Assembly: GCA_964188305.1 (NCBI GenBank)
Contig: OZ076889.1
Length of the DNA: 64,000 bases
Source: Podarcis bocagei
Lineage: Eukaryota
Direction: 5' to 3' (one strand)
This document shows, one piece after another, positions 54,213 through 64,000 of this stretch. How positions within the stretch are numbered: position 1 is the stretch's first letter; every line of letters begins with the position of its first letter. Position numbers and translations under genes: made by a program. The notes under the pieces are model-generated. The model saw nothing but the letters and a program-made list of their open reading frames with translations, made no database searches and was not told where the DNA came from.

Positions 54213-54377
54213 CTGAAGATGGCGAATTGGGAGAGGTGTTTGGCAAGCGAAAAACATAATAAATATATGAGGTGAGGAGGTTGTTTCTGCCATGCTGGTC
54301 TTGGTTTCCTTCGAGGTTTTTGTGGAGTCTGTTTACAATAGAGGCCATGGCTTCAAAAGATGCTTGACCCAGATTTA
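54213..54377 (-). CDS. DOCK7: DOCK7 exon ([24 protein letters not shown]...PNSPSS)
   Basis: 165 nt, GT-AG, phase 1-1. Confidence 0.95.
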
Positions 54378-55391
54378 CTAAAAATAAATAAATCAAGCAG
54401 TTCAGCATTTATCAATATAGGTAACCTCACTATCACAACAGCTTTTTTTTTTAAAGCTAAGACCACATTCATTTCACATGAAAAACATGAGAAGTAGCTT
54501 AAGTAGCTTAAGTATTATGAAATTTAACCCTTAGTGGGGAGAGAAAACACTTGATTTATTAAGTCTTTCTAGGATGCTGAATAGTTTATATAGCATAAAT
54601 TATAAGTTCCAACAAGGAATTGGGTAGGAAATGGTTCAGGCAGCATGCCAACCAGAAAGAGTGGAATCCAAATTGGTGCACTGTGGACACAAAAAAGTTT
54701 TAGATGCAGCAGAGGTGTTTGCTAATAGAATAGAAAGAGAGATAATTTTTGTCATTTCTTCCTTCCTCTATACTTCCCCCCATTCCACATTCCACCCTGT
54801 TCTGGAAGATCTCTCAACTGCCTGAAGCCGATTTTTTTTAAGGTGCTAGGAGTGGCAAAAGGAAAGAAATCGCCTCTCCTCCTCGTCCATTAATGGACAC
54901 CCCCACTGATCAAAGGACACCAACTAGATATCACTAACTGTTGCAGTCAAAATGTTTAGCTCCCTTCCATTTCAATCCTCTACCACAGCTAACAAGTATA
55001 AATAAGGGATACATATGAAAAGGTATTGAGATGGATGGGGAAGTGTTACATGTATCATAACTGGCCAAATATAATACATTGTTGTCCCTGGGATGACTTC
55101 ATAGTAATTTCAATTATCCGCACTACAGTACAAAGGAAAAGGCACTGAACGTCAAGCCAGCTCTGGCATACTCTACTGAGAGTAACACAGAAACACACAT
55201 GGTGAACGCCAAACATCTCCTAATTCCATTCATTGAGACGCCCAATCAATGATGCCCCCCAAATGTTACAGGTGAACAATGAAAACATCCTTGAGCATGT
55301 CCACGAAGAACAAAACGTCAACATGTGATTATGGCAGTTTAAAGTGTGGATGAATTAATGCAGCAGGGGGGGTTCTCTCCAAGGTCTATTA

Positions 55392-55685
<294 letters not shown>

Positions 55686-55838
55686 CTAAGCCACATTACT
55701 TCAAAAGTGAGTTATATCTTCTATCTAAACAAAAAATACATTTTTTTCTGTGAGAGAGAGAGATAGGAAAAATTATATCCATTCGTATCTAGATTGGACT
55801 GAAGCCTTTCTCATGTAGGGACTGCTATGAATACATAC

Positions 55839-55925
55839 CTGTGTATGAATAGATGACACAGCAACTATTTCTACATTAAAAACTCCCTTATGGTTATCTA
55901 CCCACTTCATTCCAGGCAGGGGCAC
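55839..55925 (-). CDS. DOCK7: DOCK7 exon ([29 protein letters not shown]), end of DHR-1
   Basis: 87 nt, GT-AG, phase 0-0. Confidence 0.95.
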
Positions 55926-56128
55926 CTGAGGGTGGGGAGGAAGCAAATAATAAAAGCATTCAGGAGTCTGATTACAATGACAAAGCAGAAATAGCAATTA
56001 CAGATAGGTCTAGCAAAAGCAGGCATTCCATTCAGTATTAGACATGGAAGATATGAACATCTTTTAAAGCTTGCTGTCTAAGAAAGGGATCAGAATATTT
56101 CAGATGACTACTGCTTAAACTGTCATTA

Positions 56129-56251
<123 letters not shown>

Positions 56252-56414
56252 TTAACGGGGGAAAGAAGGCAAAATATCTCATTTGTACACAGGGTATGTC
56301 CAATTCATCCAATGTAATAATAATAAAACTTATCTGAAGGTACAGGATAAGAACAAAACACTTATCAGAATCACAAGGATTTGGGTTCAAGAGTGCATGG
56401 ACTTTGTGTTGAGT

Positions 56415-56758
56415 GGTATAGGCTCCAATTCTTACAGGGTTGCGGGCCACAATCCCAGAGGCCCCCAGGTTCTCCCTAGGCCATGCCCCCTTTCCCCAGG
56501 CAGTGCCCCTCAGTGGCCTTGCCCTGCATCCTTCTTAAGTGCCTTCGCCTTGCTCATATTAGTCTCTGAATGGTGATAATGCCTGTATGGTGCTCTGACT
56601 TTTGCTGTGCTGGAATGGAGTCTACTGAACAAAGGCAAGAAACATCTGTTGCTCCAGAAACATTTGGCCCTGGCCCCACCTGCCCCATGCATGCGCCCCC
56701 CAGAAGGCTGCCCATGAGGTAACGTGGCCCTTGGTTTGAAACAGGTTCCCTACCGCTG
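56415..56758. mobile_element. Degraded hAT-type MITE related to 31940-32272
   Basis: ggccac/gtggccc motifs, shared internal sequence, right end ggttccctaccgctg. Confidence 0.5.
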
Positions 56759-57192
56759 CTCTAAAAGGAAGAGGCGGAGGGAAATATAAGACTAGGAAAT
56801 GGAAAGCATGAAAGGAACACTTCAAACTAAAGTGGGAACACAAAGGTTCATTTTTATAGAACGAAACTCAGAATAAACCCAAATTGTATTATTTGCAATC
56901 CACAAGAATATATCTTTCTGTCCACCGCCAGCTTGCCTCTGTTCTTGTTCCCAATTCTGAGTACCACAGTGGGTGGTCACTTTCAACCTAGTCACACGAC
57001 GCTGAGCTCTCAGTGACATCAAAGAGTCAGAAATTACTAGAATACAGAAATAATCTGAACCAAACAAAATAAAAAAAATCTGTGGCTCTCCTCCTCCCTT
57101 CCTGGTCCCAGATGAAAAATGAAAGGAGTGGGGAGTAAAAGGGAGAGAGAGGATTTGTGGGATAAATGGTTTGTTTCTCTGTGTGCTTTTAC

Positions 57193-57331
57193 CGTGTATC
57201 CAACAGGCGTCTCCAGAGGAGTATTTTGTTTTTGTTGGCAACTGACATGATAAAAAGTGAAAAGCAGGTGGTGGTGGTCAGTTAAAGTAGCAGGGAGTTT
57301 AATCTTGATTTCTTCGTGAAAATCAGGAGAT
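57193..57331 (-). CDS. DOCK7: DOCK7 exon ([46 protein letters not shown]), DHR-1
   Basis: 139 nt, GT-AG, phase 2-0. Confidence 0.96.
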
Positions 57332-59147
57332 CTGTTTTGAGATAAAAAAATCATCTGTAAGTATAAAGCTTTAGAAGCCTAGAATACAACCATGCTTAAC
57401 TGCTCTTCTGCATTTAAATAGAATCTTCTGGTGTGAGAAGCATAAAGAAAAAGAGAAGAATTCATAATTCCCACTTAGTTCCTTAATTCCAGAAAACCAA
57501 ATTCTGGAAGACCTTCAGGTGAATTTAGCATTTCTAAGATAAGAGGCAAATTTGCATGATCAAATCTTGGTTTAATGATACAGGAATGCTATTCTTTAAA
57601 TATTTAAGGGCCTGTTTGTTCTCTCTTAGCAAGTTACAGACAGGGAGGCAAGCTTGAGAAACGGTAAACCACTACAGTACTTAAAAAAACCAAAAAACAC
57701 TGCATTACAGTAAGATAAATGTACTCATGACTCAGCAAACATCAGAAGTGCTTTGAGCACCTTCAAAACATATCACAGCACTCTGGAAAATTCCTTGCCC
57801 TGCTCCCCAACAGCATCAGCTACGAGCTCAAGGAAGAGAGCTGGACCTTGTATGTGATGAACACCACTTTGGAGACAGTGTAAATGTTCAGAAATGCAGT
57901 GCAAAATAAATGAACCCAAACTCTTATTGGAGCCGAGCCAGTCTCAGATTGTGCAGAGGAGCACCTTTGAAGCCCTCCCCTGCTCCCAGTGGGGAGGGAC
58001 AGGGTCCTGGGAGCCTCCAATTTTTGTTGGCTGCTCAGCCCTGGCTACCTAAACCCACCAACATTTATTGACCCTTTTTCTAAGTGTTTTGCTAGAAAAC
58101 TTGGCATGCCACCAGGATCAAGCTGCATTTGATTTAAAAGCCAAAAGAATGACAAATCCCTGAAAAAGCCAAATAACATATAAATGAGATTTGGACACTT
58201 TAAACCTTAATAGGATTTGGGCACTTTGGCCTCAGTCCTAAACCACTTTTACCCTTCATTGGGCTCCATCCAATATATTCTGCTATTAATAGCTTGAAGA
58301 GGAAGACAAAAATTCTGGACATAATTACAAGAAAAAAATATTCCTCACAAACTAAATAAACCTTAAACCCAAATAAACTGAGCATTGGGTCAAGTTCCAT
58401 TTATGAATGGAATGTCTACCAATTGCAGGATTTAATTTTCAGATGTACTGAATATCTGATTCAATAAATAAACAAGCAAGCAAGCTCAGTGCCTTTTGAG
58501 AGACAGACCATATTGCAAGGTTATCTGTTGCCAGGACTTTTTGAATCTGGCATTCCAAAGCGTAAATTTCAATGAAACAAAAATGTCAGATTCTTCATCC
58601 AAAATGTATTGTGCATGATAGCACAATACTCATATTTTAAAAGTTTATATATATATATACCATCCTAATGGGTAGCTTTTCTGTATTTAGTCATAGCGTA
58701 TGCTTACAAACAACACAGTGAAAGCATTTGTGCCAAGGTGGTGGTTGGTTTCATGAAACGGAGAGCACCTGAGAAAAAAATCCTACATAAAGACTGCTGC
58801 AGTGTTCATGTACTTGACATGCCATGCTTCCCATAGGATTCTTAAAGAAGTCTAAATGCCATGTTTTGCACCAGCTGCCAATCAATACACATAGTGATAA
58901 AACCATTATCAAAAAATGGCATCTCTATAAGGTACGGGTCGAATATATGTATGTATCCCACATTACATTGTCCATAGACCAAGAGGACTGCAGAATCATC
59001 AAGGCCTTTGTCACTGTTTTGCTTTATACTTATAATCAAAAGCACCATGCACCTAGCTATTGGTACACTATTGTAACCACTACTGTCTTGCTTTCAGTTG
59101 TAATTGCATTATGCACATAGTGTCACATGACCTCTTTTACATTTTAC

Positions 59148-59218
59148 CTGTTATGATACACAACAGCTGTATATGCTTCTTTCGAAAATTCAGCACAGCT
59201 GGATTTCCCAAATATTAC
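59148..59218 (-). CDS. DOCK7: DOCK7 exon ([24 protein letters not shown]), DHR-1
   Basis: 71 nt, GT-AG, phase 0-2. Confidence 0.95.
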
Positions 59219-60071
59219 CTGCAAAAGGAAATAAAACAAGACAATTTAACATTGCTTTTGAGTTCTAGAAGTTAGGCTAAGAGCCAAGAGCCTTTACCAA
59301 CATCAGTGAAATGTCGGTCAATTTTGCCAAGGCAAAATGAACACCAGAACTTCTACTGGTAAGACTACATTTTATATAATTATGATTTAAACAATGATTA
59401 CAAATGGAAAACGGGCAGGAGGTGATTTGGCTGGAATGATGGTTGCTACAATTTTATGAGAGAGGCGATTCCATTTCTTTGCTGCACATTAAGCAATGTT
59501 GGTTGTATGAGCATCGTAGAAAAGAAATGGCAAGAACTACATAAGCACAAGCCCAAATGCACCATGAAGTTTGAAAGGTTAGATTAGGCTTGTGTAGGGG
59601 CTCATGATTATGGCTATCCAGAAAAGAGTTTTCTCAGCAATGGCCACTCAATTGTGAGACTGTCCAGTTGAGGGTCCTTTACAATGTATAAAAGACCTTT
59701 GAAGACAGCTCTTTCCTCACCAGCTGTTAGTGGGTAACATTATCTTGAGGATTTTGTGCTGTGGGTCCTTGGATTTTAATGCTGCTTTTCTCATTTGAAA
59801 TGCATGGAGCATTTTTTTCTCCAATTCTTATCTTTTATTTGTATATTCTAATGTGTGTAAAACAATCTTAGATGCTGTGGAAGCCACTTTGTAGAGAAGA
59901 CTTCTGAAAAAGTGGGGTATAAATTTATTCAATTAGTAAATAAATTGGAGGACACAAGATGTCATAAAATAACATGTCATGAATATTTAAATTTAATATG
60001 AACTGTGCTCTATTCTTGCTGGGCCTGCAGAAAGGGTAGGAAGCAACATTGAGTCCAAAGCAGACTACTCA

Positions 60072-60368
<297 letters not shown>

Positions 60369-60673
60369 TCAGTTATAAACTGTGGAGCGATGTAGCAGTG
60401 TGTTGTGTGAGGCCAACGATGCACATTATTGCATCTTTTCTGCCTGCTTTCTTACACTTCTGAAACATGAAAAATGCAAAGAGAAATCATGTAAGAGAAG
60501 TAGCCTGCAAACAGCAAGGGAAAACGAGAGTCAGAATGCATTTGCCCATTTGCCCATTTTGACATGACGCGTCTAAGTTTTACCATTTGGCTTTTCACAA
60601 ACTCCCAAACACAAAACATCACTGAGTCACTTGCTACAGATCCTCCACCAATGGTTTGGCATATACCATATTC

Positions 60674-60809
60674 CAGGCATAGGCAAACTCAGCCCTCCAG
60701 ATGTTTTGGGACTACAACTTCCATCATCCCTAGCTAACAGGACCAGTGGTCTGGGATGTTGGGAGTTGTAGTCCCAAAACATCTGGAGGGCCGAGTTTGC
60801 CTACGCCTG
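60674..60809. mobile_element. 136-bp palindromic hAT-type MITE, inverted relative to 5710-5845
   Basis: Same TIRs; exact 8-bp TSD CCATATTC at 60666-60673 and 60810-60817. Confidence 0.9.
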
Positions 60810-62380
60810 CCATATTCCATATTCCACTGAGGCACAACTTCCCTGACTCACCACGACACTCCATTCTCAATGGGTTGCTTCCAAAGGCTCATATTCTCCA
60901 AATAGACAGAATCTCCCTCTGTCAGAGGAAGGAACCTTCTGTTGTCAGTAGCAGATATACCTTTGAATCAAACCCAATAGACTTTGCATTGTTCTTGTGC
61001 TACACAGAATGGTGGACTATAGAGCCACATTATCTTTCTGCATTCCATACACTGCAGCAAGCTGAAGTGAGCAGATAGGGCATTCTTTCTGTTTCAAAGG
61101 AAGACCTTCATGCTGAATTAAGCGCCGGAATTTCATCCCCATTGGTCATCTGGCTTAATCAATGTTCTCTTTATTATTTCTGCAGGCGGCTGCTGAAATA
61201 CTTCTTTTCCCCCCTTTTTTTGTGGCTCTCCTAAATTACCTCATTCTGGCATGAATACATTTGCTCCTCAACGTGCTTTTTCAAATAAAAATGGATATGA
61301 AAATTTACTTTAAAATGTACTTTTCTCATAAAACTTTCATTAAGTGTTATTAGTAGCTTAAGAGAGGAATTTAAATGTATTTGCGAAGCCAAGCTGTGTG
61401 ATCCCTATATTAAGAACAGTGTTCTTCTGGGGGCTCATATTGGTACTGGCCATTTTTAAAAAAAGGACTTATGCCCTTTGCACTCTTCTTTGGTGATATT
61501 TTCTCTTAAGTACAGGTGAGGAACCTTTCAATCCAAAGTGAAACTGTTTCGGTTAGAAGGTTAAAAGTTTCTCCTTCTGTTCAACATACATCTATTTGCT
61601 TTAAAAAGCTCAGCAAATAGAATCCTGCCCTGGGGTTAACAGTGTTGCAAGAGGAAAAGAAACGAAGAGTTAAAACCCCACAACTTGCATCCAATAGGAC
61701 AAACTTTCTCGTGACGATCCTGGAAGTGATCCTCTTTCTTCCTTGTCTTTGCAATGAATTATCTCTTTAAAACCCTACACTCCTCATATAGCATTCTGCC
61801 AGTGCATGGTATATTTTGTCATGGGTATGACCTTCTTATAGTGTACTCCTACACATGAACTTTTCAGAGTCTTATAAATCCCTTACAGCTTTATATCCCT
61901 TTTGGGGTTCAATGGTGTCCTAAAGTATGGAGGGAATCACTTCTGCTTGAACAACATGGTGGCCCCCTTCCTAATTTGCATATATGCTCCCTTTACAGCC
62001 TTTACTATGATCCACACGGATGCCAACCACCAAGAAGGAATAATGGGTCAAGCAAGGAGAGATCAGTAGTCTCAGGCTCCCCAGGCAGCCAGGGCAAAAG
62101 AAGGCTATGCACCGTTGAAGGAGATCAAGGTGGAGGTTCAGTACCATGCTCAGTACTCCTGTAGCTGAGGCCAAAACATACAAGTTGTCTCAGCAAGGTC
62201 CTTGAGCAACTGGTCAAATTTTATAGAAGGGCTAGGTAGTCACTGACTAGAAGCCTCATCACTTAAGTACTGCCTGCAGCTGATCTCTCCTCACAGCTGA
62301 TCAAAAAAAAAGTCCGTGTCATAAATGGCTAGTCAGGTTGCTCTGTTTGTTTCGATGTCCAAAAAGCCTAACAAGGACAC

Positions 62381-62455
62381 AGGTTACACTCATTTAAGTT
62401 TAATGATCAACTACCTCAACTTGACTTTTCAGGTCTGAGCAGCATATATTTATAG
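62381..62455 (+). promoter_or_regulatory. ANGPTL3: ANGPTL3 proximal promoter: DR4-like site, HNF1-like site, TATA-like box
   Basis: AGGTTAcactCATTTA 62381-62396; TTTAATGATCAAC 62399-62411 (2 mismatches to GTTAATNATTAAC); TATATTTATA about 62445-62454, about 100 bp upstream of the ATG. Confidence 0.6.
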
Positions 62456-62547
62456 GCAAACTAAGTTGCAAGGACTATCACATAGCAAGGCTAACAGCAG
62501 CTTGGAAAAGCTTTTCTTTTCCAAAGGCTATCATAAGCAGAAAGAAA

Positions 62548-63036
62548 ATGAAAATAATACTAGTATTACTCTTCGTAATTTCTCTAGTTGTTGCAACAAG
62601 AATAGATGGAGATGAGTTTTCCTTTGTTCCAGAATCTCCCGAGCCAAGGTTTGCTATGCTACATGATGTGCAATTACTAGCCAACGGGCTGCTCCAGCTT
62701 GGGCGTGGCCTTAAAGATTTTGCCATCAAGACCAAAGGCCAAATGGATGACATCTTTCAGAAACTTCACCTTTTTGATCAATCTTTTAATGAGATCTCGA
62801 AACAAGCCAATGAGATAAAAGAAGACGAGGAACAGCTAAAAAACACTACTTCTATGTTGCAAGTCAATAATGAAGAGATAAGGAACATCTCTGTGGAGCT
62901 GAATTCCAAGATAGAAATACTTTCACGGGAGAAGATTCAACTTCAGGATAAAGTAGGGAAGCTGGAAGAAAAAATAACCAAATTGTTTCAGACCCAGATT
63001 GAAAATCAGGAGCCCGAAGAAATTGCAGCACTTAAA
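62548..63036 (+). CDS. ANGPTL3: ANGPTL3 coding exon 1: signal peptide, SE1 lipase-inhibitory motif, coiled coil; nested antisense in a DOCK7 intron
   Basis: MKIILVLLFVISLVVA signal peptide; RFAMLHDVQLLANGLLQLGRGLKDFAIKTKGQMDDIFQKL; AAA|gtaagt donor after 163 codons; known DOCK7/ANGPTL3 nesting. Confidence 0.96.
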
Positions 63037-64000
63037 GTAAGTAGCAGGTACGGAATAGATTTAATATTTCCAAAGTTACCTGAAATGGTTTCCAGGCTAC
63101 TAATGGAATCCAAAGCTCCAAAGTCAATTATGACCTTGTTGCACTAATATCAGTGATGTAAAATATACTTTACCTAGTGGCTGTTTCATACAGTTTTGCT
63201 TTGTTTCCAGTGATCAGTAAAATTAAGATGCTAAAATGTTTTTAAAAATTAAGATGCTAAATTAGATCACTCTTTGGGGAAGGAATAGCCAAAAATTCCT
63301 TTGCAAATCAAGTCAATTTGTGTTCAAGTACAAGTGTATTGGAAAGTACAGTACAGTATACGAAAATGTTCTGATGCCTTAGATCAGTACTCTCCAGATG
63401 TTGCTAGACATCACCTTGACTACTGGCTATGCTTGCTGGGGCTGATGGCAGTTAGGAGACCAACAATATCTGCAGGCACCATGTTGGATACCCCTGCTAT
63501 GATGATAATAATTTTATTATTTATACCCCGCCCATCTGGCTGGGTTTTCCAGTGCAAACATTTTCTAGTGCAAACTGCCCTTGTTTATGCACAGGAATGT
63601 TTTCCACTTCAAACATTTCCAGGAAAGCCACATCACTGCATTTTGAGGAATGAAATGAACGTAGTTATCAAGAAAGCAACAACTGGTTCTCTACTGTAAA
63701 TTTGTTCCTAAATGTTTGTTGTGCATTTATGTAAAATGTATCCTGTGGTACAAGGTTACTTCATGACTTTTTCTTCTTTAATTAGTTTTTTGGAGGAGGA
63801 TAGTTTTGGATCAACAGCAAACTGCACGGAATATCTAGGGAACTAAACAATGGCTCACATATGCTCTGTGCTTTACCAAAAAGCAACCAGAATGAGATGA
63901 ATTATTTTAACAAAAGCCAGGGATGGTCAGTGTTCTAAACATGTAAGCCACATGGCTTTTGCGCCTAGAAATTTTTTTCTGGACAGTCCATAAAGGAAGA

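Noticed and set aside
63037-63147. ORF-track extension of ANGPTL3 to 199 aa
   Set aside because: Read-through past a consensus AAA|GTAAGT donor at 63036; intronic.

Overview
Vertebrate genomic DNA, most likely a squamate (lacertid-like) lizard judging from the L2, tRNA-SINE, hAT and Tc1/mariner MITE content. The window covers the conserved USP1-DOCK7-ANGPTL3 locus. On the + strand are the last six coding exons of USP1 (926-10985); the catalytic-Cys exon lies upstream of the window. On the - strand, convergent with USP1, are 36 exons of DOCK7 (60291 to stop at 12909), running from the DHR-1/C2 domain through the DHR-2 GEF domain; all have GT-AG boundaries and consistent phases. Nested antisense in the DOCK7 intron at the right end are the promoter and first coding exon of ANGPTL3 (62548-63036). 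Main observations: (1) a 15-nt DOCK7 microexon (STGWE) invisible to the ORF track, plus tandem acceptors that add or remove DGK, so the DHR-2 hinge can be DOCK6-like or DOCK8-like; the same 9.5-kb intron holds a candidate truncating exon; (2) a candidate 30-nt microexon next to two symmetric cassette exons; (3) a TA-flanked MITE in the last USP1 intron expanded from about 230 bp to 1664 bp by arrays of chained palindromes with flipped loops; (4) a perfect 18-bp palindrome carrying ATTAAA on both strands between the convergent genes; (5) substitutions in the ANGPTL3 lipase-inhibitory motif. Comparisons to human proteins are from memory, not from a search.
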